A stretch of 63,713 nt of DNA, the filler included, from Phoronis australis (Eukaryota; Animalia; Phoronida), in NCBI GenBank assembly GCA_002633005.1. It is 4 parts of 4 records of this genome, joined end to end, with 100 filler letters (N's around TTAATTAATTAA, not from the genome) between each part and the next. Parts side by side here need not be neighbours in the genome. Positions count along the whole stretch, not along the records: positions 11,349 to 36,117 come from NMRA01001356.1; 3 more parts are not named here. The stretch is one strand, 5' to 3'. A program made the position numbers and the translations under genes. Below, piece after piece: positions 12,727 through 25,195 of the stretch (positions are counted from its first letter, which is position 1; each line of letters opens with the position of its first letter). A model generated the notes under the pieces. That model was given only the letters and a program-made list of their open reading frames with translations. It was not told the origin of the DNA and did not search any database.

Positions 12727-15700
12727 TAGCTGGGCAGATATGTGCAAATATGCACCACAATTCGTGCAGATGATGATACAAGCACCAAATTTTCCATGAT
12801 GACTCATAATAGCATACTCAATATAGGTATCTGACTAGCCAGCGTAATATACAAGATGGCGGTCATTTTTCAAAGTGGTCGCCATCAAGTGTTCGCGATA
12901 AAGGTTTTCCTTGTAAATCAGTATCTACCCAGCCGATTTTAGCGATCGTGGTGTCAAATATTATAATTTTGGGTACTTTTAATTCATTTTGGACAGTGTG
13001 AACACTCTCAGTTACATATATTGTCAGAATATAGGCAATTATGTGCTTTAATTCGGTCAATTTATATGACTTTTGTCTGGTCGAATGCTTTGGTCATGCT
13101 ACATTTGTCTTGTATCAATAGCTGAATAATTTATTATGCATGGGGTTTACGGGTGTAGTGGTAGAGGTAGTACCTTTGTTTCAGCAGTCAGCCACATACC
13201 CTGGATGGACGTCTGGCACTGGTCCTCACCGCTATGCCAACTCTCACTTATGGCTCCAAGAAGTTGTTGGTGTGTAGCAACGGCCACACCCCGGGACACC
13301 GCGCTGGCTCGCGGGCAAAACTACTCTAGGTGAGAGTAACACACAAAAGATAAACATACTGAACATGGAGATGACGGGTCATGACTTGAAGACAATGTCT
13401 GGTGAGTAATTGCCTGGCACTATTAAGGCACACCCGTGACAATTACTGCTGTGAAACTCAGCACGGGGTTCAATCTCAGCTGAAGAATAATCGTTATTAG
13501 ATGTACCTTGTTAGGGTCCCAAATGCTGCTTAATCTACCTCATCAGTTAAGCAGTCGCACTTGAATCCATGGGAACGGAGTCAGCATTTCGCACGAAAGA
13601 GTCCTTGAAATCTCAGCCCAGCTTAGAGAGACTGTTGTTTGACAGTACGTTAAAGATGGAGTCGTCTGCCCACCAGTCCTGAAAAAGCGTGTGTTCACGA
13701 CTACAGCGGGGGACAACATTGACTACAACCGGACTACAACTACAGCTCAATCATCCTTCCATGGTACCACTATGGCCATCTTTCAGCACCCAAGTTCTGA
13801 ATAACCTGGTGAAAAACGTGAAGCACTGAAACTCAATCCAGATGTCAAGGTCAAGAAAGTCCAAGAGCTTCCTGAGGATTTCACAAACGTTCAACAGCTC
13901 ACATCACAAAAAATCCCAATCCTCCTACAATAACAAGTTATATTTACCCAACACCCGATTTAATCAAGTCACATATGAAGAAATATTACACGTGGTTGGA
14001 AAAGATATCACTAACCGAGACCATTGGAGACGGGGTAAATGTGCCCAGAACAGGAGACAGCCATTCGAAGTGAGCATTACCTCAATAATTCCTATGATTC
14101 GTCACCAGGCCCACTCGTTTGCCACCATCAAGCACTGCATGCATAAGATTCAAAGCTTGGCTTTCCTTAACCCAGGACAAACCCCAATTATAGCTGTTGA
14201 CCAGCCACTATTTGCTTTTGCTAAGCATATCCAGTGCCAGTGGCCAGAGGAGTTTGGGGAGGACAAGTTCGTCATCATTTTCGAGGGACTCCACATTGAG
14301 ATGGCTGCACTGGGATCATTAGGGACCCTCCTAGAAGACAGTGGCTGGACTAGTGCTATTGCTGATACAGGTGTTAAGTCATGGGGTACAGCAGATTCAT
14401 TCCAGACAATGTCAAGTGTCACTACGATAAGACTTGCCCACCAGATTACAGCATGCAGCTTGAACAAATTGATGAAGGAAGCTCACCGTGACTACTGCTT
14501 CGAGTGTGAGGTTTCAGACAATTCTCCTATAGCGTTTGAAGACTGGCTTGAGAGTCGTTTAATTAGGGAAGGAGACATTGAACTCTACCGAGAATCCCTG
14601 ACAGAACTGGTTCCATACTTCTTCACGAACAACAATACGAACTATGCCAGATGGCTCCCAATGCATTAGCGGGATATGATGTCTCTTGATCACCAACAAC
14701 CAGATCTTGCCAGGGAGTTTCACAAGGGGAACTTCGTCATTCACAAAAAACGTGAGTTTTCGGCAATGGCGATAGATCAAGCTCCCGAACAAAACAATGC
14801 AGTCATCAAAAGTGATGGTGGAGCTGTTGGGCTAACTGAGGATCATGCAGCACTGAGGACATGGATGGTAGCTGGACCAGAAGTGAGTTGCTGGCTATGA
14901 AACCACATCATGGGTTAAGGACACGGCTGTCACCACTAAAGACCAAGAGTGGAATGTAAGTACCCAGAGGGCTTTCTTTTAGAAAGTCCAGGCGCTGCAA
15001 AGAGTCCTTTTCAAGAAGAAATAGCAGACCTACTGGTTCTAGACACGAAGCCCGTTGCAGATCCAGCGCTAGCTGAACTCGTTGCAACACATCATGAGAG
15101 AGGAAAACAAAAATTAAATTTATTTATAGAAGGCTTGGAGAGTGAAAATACAAGTGCATTCTACCGCCCCATAAAGAAGAACAATGTTGCCTTCTTCAAA
15201 CATGAGAAGGTTGCCTGTAGTTCCAAGGAAAGGGTCATAAAAGAAGATTGTCATCTGTTCTCCAGACTATTCAACTCCTTCCAGGTAAGACAGTGTGATT
15301 TGCAGTACCTCGCTCATGAGATCCAGGAAGCACCCTTTTCACTCAGTGACAATGACAAGCACCATGCATCCCAAAAGTCACAGCTGACGGACATTCTTGA
15401 ATCCTGAGTCACTCTACCTGAAAGCGAACCAGAAGGAGATACCATCATCACTGACGGCTCAGCTCTGATTAATGCCATAGCTCCGCGGAGCTCAATGTCA
15501 TCTGATGACTATGCCAAAGAAAATTTTCTGCCAAAATTGTAGTGCTATCCTGCCAAACACGAACGGGTGGACATTGTATTTGATGTCTACAGGAAGCTGA
15601 GCCTGAAGCCTGAAACCAGCCGTGTAAGTAATTGGCTACGGGGTAAACTTCCCAACTTGTTGTTGGGCTATGAAATCGAACAAGTTGGGAGCAACGAGAT

Positions 15701-16034
15701 GTTGCCGTCATGGGAACACACACGCAGTAAGTTGTCTTTTTTGAGTTGGCTGCCATTTTAGTAGTTGCTCACATAGTGTTAAAATACTTGTGGAAATAAT
15801 AAAAATGAATTCAGCATATCCAAAAACGTACAAGTTGACAACAACTTCATGAAAATCGGTTGGGCAGAGAAAAATTTATTAGGAAAAGCATTATCGGCAA
15901 GCACCAAATGGCCGCCATTTTGGATTTTTAGGTGGCTAGTCGAGCAGATCTGTTGAGTATACCTTAGGAAGTTACCATACCAATTTTGGTGCTTGCATCA
16001 TCAAATGCATAATTTTCTACTATCTGCCCAGCTA
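12727..16034 (+). mobile_element. AcademX-type DNA transposon, internally deleted (3.3 kb)
   Basis: Termini TAGCTGGGCAGATA...TATCTGCCCAGCTA; imperfect TIRs of ~250 bp; 3-bp TSD TAT on both sides; contains Academ transposase and XPG-like remnants. Confidence 0.88.
13577..15620 (+). pseudogene. Academ DDE transposase plus XPG/PIN-like domain, with multiple stops, frameshifts and deletions
   Basis: GVVCPPVLKKRVFTTTAGDNIDYN..SSFHGT..IFQHP; DQPLFAFAKHIQCQWPEEFGEDKFVIIFEGLHIEM; NYARWL; DQAPEQNNAVIKSDGGAVGLT..WMVAGPE; TDGSALINAI; RVDIVFDVY..SLK. Confidence 0.85.
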
Positions 16035-18493
16035 TATGTCACGGCTAGGGACGCAAATGAACTTATTGGATATCAACAAAGAGAAGACAAACAAACCCTC
16101 ATGTCAGGAGCGAAGTTCCCTTGTATTGAGAGGGCGTTTGGATATTAAATTGTGGACTGCAGATGCGTGAAAAGTGACGACGTTGTCGAATAAATTCTAA
16201 AATTGTGACTCTTGTGATCCCGGGCCTATGATTTGTAGCGCATGATTTTTCTCTGTTCCTGTGCAAGATTACTGAACCTTTTTCAGAAAATGAAATGGAT
16301 TTATGGAAGATTGCTCTGCCTGACCCAGTTTTTGAATGTGCAGACAAAACAATGCATACGAAGTGCCAACGAGAAAAGTGTCGAAATTTTGCAATTCTTT
16401 TATGCGCCCCGTTCTTGATTTCCACGCATTCGTAAGATTCCCTTAATGGCGGCTTCATTTTCCCAACGTTTACAACCCAGTGTTAAAAAGTGCGCCAACA
16501 TTTCGCAGACTTAGAGTATTTCCTTGAACTTTGAAGCGTTCCACCCGTGTTGGGTTAAAACTAAGACAGCTGTTCGCTAATGAAGTACAATTATTGCGCA
16601 TGCTTTCGCCATTGTTGGTTCAATCGTATTTTCCTGAGTTGTGCCCTAGATTTTGCATATCCTTTTAACTAATTTTACGAAGATCCGTAGCACATATCAT
16701 CGACCCTTCGTTGTCACAACTTCATGAAATTTGGGTCTTGCTCAAGTTTTACGTATCCAAGTACACGTTGTGGAGGAGTTCTATTTTATGTGCAACTCAT
16801 AGCAAACCTTGGCGAGTTATACCGCTGTCGGGAACTCCCTAATTACGTGTATGCGCGCGTTACGACTCCATCAAAAACTTAGAGACAGCGCTAAAAAAGA
16901 ATGAGTGCCGGGTGTCCCTATTTGATACGATGGCTTTGCTTACAGAATGTGGTTCTTAGGCCGGCTTGAACTAGTACGTCGCAAGGATATTGAGGACTGG
17001 TCAGCACGCCACCTGTGGCTCCCTCCCTGACTGGATGAATATATTTCTGGAAAAATATCTCTGTCACAAACGAGACCCGAACCCAGACTTATATTCACTG
17101 GGTCAAGTGGTGCAGTCACAGGTTGCCTGGTGAACAGACTTATTAAGTTAAAAATATTTCCAATGCACTATCTCTTGTGACAATGGTCTGCAAGAGGAGT
17201 ACATTGCACGGTGGAATTGTATTGAGCAGGTTAAATGTGTTCATGTACATTTAGGTGAGTATTGGGTACTTGAATGAAATCATGTTTTTCACCAGCATGT
17301 TTTCAATCTCTTTTAAGTGAAAGTCAAAAAACATGATTCAAAACACTTACTTCTGATTGCTTTCTAATTGCTCCTTAATCAGATCACAGTTGATTTGCGG
17401 CTTTGAAGTAACAGTGAACTGATATTAGTTGAGATTGCACGTGCGGCATTATAACCCCTCCCCCCTGACGAGGAGCCACAATCAGCTTTATCTCACGAAA
17501 TATATACATTTATCTGTGTTTTACGAAAACCCGGTATAAAAATTTTGAGGCCTGCTTTACATCCATTGTAAGTGGACCGGGTGATATAACTGACCTACAG
17601 CTTTACATTACATTGCTTTTTGTGTTTTAATATAGACCTACACTATTTGCAGGTGGTGTTCGAAGTCAAACGAGGTAGACGTGTTAAATCTGACATTGCT
17701 CTCGACTTCATTCAGATCATCCCTGGGACAGTGTGAATTGACACAGACGGCGAAAACAGATACTGGGGATTACACATAGTTTTGATCATTTACATTCTTT
17801 GGTTCAATGGGGAGTTTAATGTTTCAGGTGTACTGCCACGTTTCTTTGCAAATGATAGCGCAGTAAACATGTATCGTATTTAACCTAATAAACAATGCCT
17901 TAAAGTAATAACAATTACTGCCTTCTTTCGAAATGAAATATTTGCTGTCTCAACATAATGTTTGTACATGGTGTTGCGTTTGCGGCATATACCAGGAGTT
18001 TGCCTCTTACTCCACCCTTTCGCACTCATTCGCATATTGACTCGCCCAGATGTCGAGCCGTTAAATCATAAATTTTTCTTATCCCATCAGTAGAGCCACA
18101 CTTCACGAACTTCAATACAAGACGGACTTAACCCACAAGGTTACAAAAGAACCTACATGGACAATTGCATACTTTGACAAGTCAACAAATAGCTTCGAGT
18201 AGGCGTCACAAATGACATCAGAATATGAGTAGTGAGTCACACCAAGGAGTGTAGCAAAATAGCAGAGTTAATTTGGGAGTTCGCTGTTTCCGCTACTACT
18301 AGCGCCTCCAAGTGGTGAACAAGCAATTGTCAACCAGGAAGCGCCTAACCAATGGGGAAGGAAACATTTTGCAGTGCCACAAATTGCATGATTTCATCCA
18401 CGAAAACATCATACTTGTCATTTTTAGGTTTCCAAAGGATCCATAAAGATACAGTGTAAGGATTGTCTGTTATTCAATAATATGATAAATTGT

Positions 18494-20422
18494 CAAGGCT
18501 CGACATTAACTTGTATTTTAACTTGTCCAGTCGGACAAATAGCAATAAAAATGACTTCTCCTGACCTATAAGACACTTATCCAAAGAAAATTAAACTCAA
18601 TTGATACTTTTCAAACATATGTGAATGTCGCACATGTTAGCACAAGTTCAATAAACATGTGTAAGAACATATACTACACGACATTTAAATTTTGCAAACG
18701 TTTATTAAAGTGGCTATTTGTATTTCACCAGTGAACACGCTACAAGTTTACCCTGGCTTTTCGATTCAGTCATATAATGTATTTTTATAAGCAACTGAGT
18801 GAGCCGTCGACTGTTCATGACTTTTCAAAGATTCGATCCTGAACACATCTGACCCAGGCGCAACAGTTGAACTGTTTGCGTCGGCGTATTTTTCACTCGG
18901 TACACAACACATTCTACTTCTGTCGCTGTCAAACTTTACGGTAACCAGTCAAAATCGTTCTTCCATTTCGGAAGGAATTCCTGTTTCTGCTTATTGGTTT
19001 CATACTGTTGCTTCGTGATTTCACGCCCTTTGGTTTGGTTACCAGTTACAAGATCAGAACTCCTTGAAACCATGCGGAAACTAACTACCGTACTCGTCCG
19101 CGTTACCGCCCTGGGTGCTTAACTGGGAAATCTAACAAACGGGGCGGAGCGGTAAGCCGAGCATGGGCGGTTAAAGTCGAAATTTAGGAAGGCGGGAATT
19201 GTTGCTTACTGCAATGTGGACCGATCTCACCCGAACGGAGATACACTGACGTCGGACTTCAAACATATCAGTCACAATATAGGTCGGGGGATTGAAGTAA
19301 CGGACTTCGACGGCCTGCGCACATGGTACTGTGGCGTCGTGATCCTGAACGTGATTGGGTCTTTACGTGCCTAGTCGCTGCTGGACATCTCTGAGAACTA
19401 AGATATTCCTACAGGTAGGCGTCTGTTCAGATGGGCAAGTTTCTTGAGAGAAAAGACAGATCAAGCAAGACTCCGCTAGTTTGCGGTATATTTTTAAGGG
19501 AACACTTGATGGTGTAAAGATTTGCTAGTTACGTAGGCAACCAAGCACGTGCTAATGACTGACAGGTCTTCTTATTGAATACTTTGAACAATATAACTTT
19601 TCATATACATGGTATATTTCTTCTTGAGTTCAAAGTCAACACCGCTGTTGTTCAAAGCGCGTGCTCAACAATCGGACGATACTACTATTAGGCAACAAGG
19701 GTACTCGGTCGGCTGCCGAAATAACGAAGCAAAACACATCTTGTAAAAAGTCATCAGGCAAATCAAAACTTCAAAAATACGTTTTTGACCACGCACAACA
19801 TGGAGAAAATGTTCGACTTGCAATAATGACAAGTTGATTTTTTGGGCTCTTGCCTTTGGTTGGGCGCTTCCATTTTGGTGTCAGGAGAGAAAGTCATTGA
19901 AACATGAGTTTAACCAAGACGGGAACAGCGACACAAGTTGGCTTGTCACAATGGACCATGTTTTTTATTTCGGTGCTCATGGTGGTTATGCTTCGTGTAC
20001 TGTCACGGGGAATCACAGAAAGATTGGCCACGGACATGATGTCCCTGTCAAGTACGGCTTTGGTTGTTCCTCTACAGCAAATGGATTACATTCGACAAGC
20101 GCTGTCTCAGTGATCAGTTCCTGCTAACATGCGTTCCGCGCGTGAGCCACAGGAAACAATTCTGTCATCTTCAGTAAAGGACATGGGAATTCGGGTATTT
20201 TACCGGCATGGTAAGGCAAGGTCCTGCTTCCGCTAAACCTGATTGATTGTCACAGAAAGGCACTCAAGTTGCGCACGTTTTGGAATCTTATTTTCGTGCG
20301 ACGAACGTTAGCAGAACTATTCATTGACTTGTCCTGTCGGACAAGCTGCTCGGCCGTGATCTTGTCCGGACCGACAAATTGGTTGTCCCTGGCAGTCGGA
20401 CTATCGTTAATGTCGAGCCCTG
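18494..20422 (-). mobile_element. hAT-superfamily element with 5-bp TSD (hAT5-like), internally deleted
   Basis: 17-bp TIRs CAAGGCTCGACATTAAC / GTTAATGTCGAGCCCTG; ATTGT on both sides; subterminal cttgtcc/ggacaag motifs; TTF zinc-finger remnant inside. Confidence 0.85.
18770..19073 (-). pseudogene. N-terminal TTF-type zinc finger of a hAT (ZNF862-like) transposase, frameshifted
   Basis: YETNKQKQEFLPKWKNDFDWL / KFDSDRSRMCC...GSDVFRIESLKSHEQSTAH matches the F..W...F.WL..D....M.C...G..F...L..HE.S..H pattern. Confidence 0.75.
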
Positions 20423-21024
20423 ATTGTCTTTCATTTTTTTTCTGTTCACGTTTGTTAGAAAAGTCGATCGCAGTCCCGTTGCCACTGTTGTCTGCAGTGT
20501 AGGCTAGGCTTACTGCACAGCCGGCGGAAGGACTATGATTAACGTAGGATGTGATCGCCAGGTTTTTGGATACTTGCAGTCAATGTATTCCAAATCAAAA
20601 TGTCACCCAAACGATTGCAGAGATAACATTTAGGAAAATCTACCCAAGGTCACGGGTAATATGACTGGTGACACGGCCATGGTACAAGCACAGCCACAGG
20701 GCCACAAGTCTGCCATGAGTCAAGTCAGAGAATATGTGAGTCTCGGTGAAAATGTGAAAAAATCGACATAATTTTAATGTGCCAGTTGGATCAATCAAGT
20801 TAAACATTGCGTAATTAAAAACTTAATTCTATGTGCCAATGATGCAGGGGCGCGGCCGTTAAATAACCGTGCATCGACATTTGAGCCCTTATTTTTCAGT
20901 TGACAGCAGAACACTTTTGTCTCTATCACGATCACTGTAGCGTAGTGATCTTTAGTGTAGGCTACCAGTCTTCTGTGAACCTAGTGAGTATGACGTTTGT
21001 TCCTGATTCTCTCATTTCTGTTCA

Positions 21025-21200
21025 GGTGCAAGCACTAGGAGGCGACCTTATTAATAGAAATGCAGCCTACTTGTCCAAGAACTGCAAGTTATGCTCTTGT
21101 CACTTCGAGGAGTCCATGTTCTTGAATGAAGAACAAGCTGGTATTGAATGCAGTGCCTGAGCAATATTTAATGTCCCGAATCCACCAAAATTGAAGATGT
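21025..21200 (+). pseudogene. THAP domain C-terminal exon remnant, transposon-derived
   Basis: After acceptor ttctgttcag: DLINRNAAYLSKNCKLCSCHFEESMFLNE / KNKLVLNAVP / IFNVPNPPK, with the LCS.HF and AVP boxes and frameshifts. Confidence 0.75.
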
Positions 21201-22689
21201 CAAAAAGTTCTCCGGAATTTATATTACAGCTCTGGAATAGGCTTTTTTGTATTTCTGATTATCGTCTCACAAAGCAAGTAGTGGAACATCACGTGTAGAA
21301 AGGACAATTAGTCAAAATCTGGTTTTCGTATTTTTTGAATGGTTGGCATGTCATTTGGAGAGATCCAAAGTGAATCTGATGGGTCTTTCAGGGTCTGAAT
21401 GGTGGGCAGAAATTTTGTTAAACCCAATCTATCCGTACCATTTTGCTTCTCGATGACAAACACCTCTGTAAGTAAATTAGTTTTCAGCTTTATTCTAACG
21501 CATTTCTTTGCGAAAAGTGCTGTTGTTTACTAGTAAATTAATAGAGAGTGACAAGGTTGGTCAGATTTCGTTGTTGTATTGGTGTATATGTGTTGCCTAT
21601 TCTGTACGTTTGTTTAGATTGTGATTAATTTAAGCCCCAGTGGTGGCTAGGTATCAGATATGATCTTTTGGTCTGACTTTAACTTAGCTGAAATATTTAC
21701 GGCTATTCATAATACAAACAGTGGGTATAAAAAAATAAATTTTGGTTTTATCATCCAAGTCTTTTTATTCAGTTTTGTATGAAGTTGTGTGGGTGGTAAA
21801 TACTCAATTTGCTCTTCTGTACCTCTTAATTTTTTTCATGACATTTTGAACTTCGACTAGTTATGAGTGATGATATACTCAATGATACATGTACTTCGTT
21901 TTGTAAGTTGTGAGCTATTCTGCAGATTAGCAACTGACTTACTGACTTGTAACTGTTGGTGATTATAGTGGGAGAGTGGGATCGAGTTTACGCTATACTG
22001 GCATGTCTAAGAAATAATGGACTGTTCTAAAATTATATTACGATTTTGTGGTAGTTATGAATTGCTTTGCTTTCTTCTTCTCACTTGTGTAACACCCACT
22101 GCACAAAACAATTGTTGGCATTGAAAGCATCCTGTTGCATTGAATAGGGAACACATGTGAAATTGTGGGGTGGAGATGGGAGCAACATGTTTGTCAATGT
22201 TCAGGGGAGCAACCGAAATTTGTGACGGTGAGAGGGGCTCAATATACATGTGGCATAACCCATTGTTTTTTACCTGTTTAGCACTCCTCCCATGTAACCC
22301 CCTGGGAGGGAGTCAACACCCACTTGGCGCCCACCTGGTTTTTGCCTGGTACCCCCTTAGATGGCACCTGGCACTCACAGCAACAATAATTCCCATTATG
22401 AAGTCATAGGAGGTATGAACTCTTATAAGGAACGATAATTGCCTTGTTAAGAACTTAAACATGAAAAAAAAAACCGTGATGTATTTTGAAGGGAGCTTCA
22501 AGAGAATGAAAACAAAATTAATACACTTTAATAATGATCAAAATAAACATTTTCGTTCTCATTCGATTATAAGTGGATATTAGTTTATGTATTCTAACCA
22601 TTTTCAATCACACAGTAATTTTATTAAATGTTGAATGTCATTAAAGTATGAATTTATCAGTGTTTACATAGCTCGGACCGAGCTCCTAA

Positions 22690-22778
22690 GTAAGTGTTGA
22701 TTAATCACCGCTTGGAGCGCTAGGGTTTCGACTGGTAACCATTGCGGCGAATGGCAAAATGGCGGAGTGAACTCTCCT
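22690..22778 (-). mobile_element. Solo terminus of the AGGAGAGTTCAC MITE family
   Basis: About 90 bp matching the reverse complement of 28789-28878 and ending gtgaactctcct. Confidence 0.6.
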
Positions 22779-23932
22779 ATACTAGTATACTCCTTGCTCA
22801 CACGCGCTACACACTTCCCCCTAAAGAAAATGGCGTCCCGCGGTTACAAAGTAAAGTACACTAACTTTTGACCGAATATAACTAATAACAACAGATAACT
22901 GACAGTAAAAATAATAATATTACCATGGTTCATACAGAAACAATCCAACAAATGAGACAATCAACGGGTACAAAGATCACTTTGCAATACCTCAACAATG
23001 TAGTTTATGGGCATACTTCTACCACAACATGAATACATGTACATGTACTTAACTTGTGTTAGAACCCTAGGTCAAAGAACAAGTAACCTTCACTACACAC
23101 GGTGACTATGAGCGTTGTCACAATGCATCTATCATTCCACAGCAACACTACACAAACACCTCAATCATCACAGCGTTTACGCAAGCTGTAATGGGCTTGA
23201 GTAATAGTCGGTGGGCCATAATTTGTAGGGCCTCTAGAAAATGGTTTTTGTGAGTGCTTTAGGGGGCAATTTTATTTTGGTGTTTTTTAATTCATCAGTG
23301 TTTTCAAAATCTAAAAAGTTCCCACATATAAAGTTGCACATTTTTGCGAAATTTGAGTTTGAAGTTACCTAGTCACTAAAGAGCTTAGTAAACTTACATT
23401 TGTAAAAGCAACAGTTTTGGAGACTTTTTGTAAAACAAGTAATATGGTTCCAGTAGTGCCAATGTATTGAACAATATTACACTCACATTACATGTTTTAC
23501 TATTGTAGATTAATTGTAAACAGTGACATTTAAAAATGTAAAGAGACACCTAGTGGCAAAAAATGCAAACTAAGTCTGAATGTTACTAGGAAGTTATCCT
23601 GGCATTGCCTGGCAACAAAAATAACATAAAACACTTGAGACTGGGCAAAATTTGTGCCTAAATGACTGAACCATTGACTAATGGTGTAAAATACAGCTTG
23701 TTTGCACAATACACCAGAAATACGTTAGAGTACAAAAACAATATATTTGAGTGATCTATGTGAATGTGCACACAGACTGTATGGCAATAATAGATTATTC
23801 TGACAACGTTTATCAAGCAGTATGAGACAAATACTTGACAGTGACCAAAGCATGTACTTTCTATGACTTAAACAACAAATAAAATAAACTTTTTAATACA
23901 AAAAAAACGAAATAACGGGGTTGGATGTATAT

Positions 23933-24670
23933 TTAGGGTTGACTTGTCAAAGAAATATCCAATGTTATGCAGTCAGTGTTGCTGATGTTACTACAGTTGT
24001 CACAGCTGCACATTTCTGTACAGTTTGACCCAGCATTGCAGCACAAACTGAGTTTCCCAGCACATATGTTCTTTTTGCACTTGCAGCGTTCATCATTTAG
24101 TACTGTCAATGGAGATGCGATCATTGCGGCTGCCATACATTGTAACTGCAAAGCTCCACTGCCAAGGAGCCAACTATGGTCGATTAGAGAGGGTACAGCA
24201 CCGCACACTGGTGATTGGCCCACAGGCAATGAAGGGTCAAACAATAAGTCCTTGTTTGGAGGCGGGCAGGATTTGGGCAAACGTTTGATTTAAAATATGT
24301 TATAATGGGCTGCGTTAATTAGAGTCAGCAAGTGAATTATTGACCACTAGCCTCAATTCACTTTCGTATCTCTTAGTCGGGCACAAACTACAACAGTGAG
24401 TAGCTTCAACAATATTTCTTAAGATTGCCTGTCCAAATAATTTCATGCACACCAGCTTTCTGAAGAACAGCTTCAAAGTCTTGCTTTGGTTTTGAAAGGC
24501 AAATGACATCTCCTTGTGTTAGAAGCTTTGATTCAATGAACTCCAAACAGAACTGTAGAAAAACATCTCTGAAAACTGTGAATTCGTCACTCGTCACAAT
24601 CGTTGTCTTTCTATTTTGATAGCATGATGATCTGTTGTACTTGGCTTCTAAGACACAAGGTCTTTATCTT
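23933..24670 (-). pseudogene. Academ ORF remnants: N-terminal EAKY(H)..C region joined to a C-terminal Cys-rich CXC-like domain
   Basis: DKDLV/LEAKYNRSSCYQ near 24620-24668; HSWLLGSGALQL...RCKCKKNICAGKLSLCCNAGSNCTEMCSCDNCSN at 23985-24180. Confidence 0.7.
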
Positions 24671-25104
24671 TGAATTTCATTTGCATATTCAGGGCTCTGG
24701 ACTGAGCTGTTGCTTGCAATACAAGTCCAACTGAAAAAAACCCGAACTGTTAACACTAATTTAACATTCAACTATGAGTGAGTTGGTATGCAACTTTTTC
24801 AGACGGACTTATCAGGAACTGATGAACCACCAGCCTAACAAATTTACATGCCGTCTGATCTGTAGCCTAACATGTTATCTAATAATTAGACTTGTTGATG
24901 CAACTGAAAATAAATCAGCTGATATAACAGTGCAGTGATTGAAATTTGATTTTTTAAATCAGATGCTCAAACCATAGTCAATCGATTTACACTTAAAGTA
25001 ATTAACGTTTGATAAAATGGACAGTGGCTTCCATCGTCCTCAAATTTCGACGCCGACGATGGCCACTTAGGCACTTTAATTTAATTATCATTGCATCTAC
25101 CTAA

Positions 25105-25195
25105 GTAATTAATGTTTACAAAACATTGAGAAGAGGTTCTCCCTATCCCAGGAGTACGGCAGGGGATGACGGCCACTTGGGCATGTTGTTTGCAA
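25105..25195 (+). repeat. Short dispersed repeat inside the second Academ element (inverted copy at 36218-36305)
   Basis: tgagaagaggttc...ggggatgacggccacttgggcatgttg matches the reverse complement of caacatgcccaagtggccgtcatcccc...gaacctcttctca. Confidence 0.75.
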
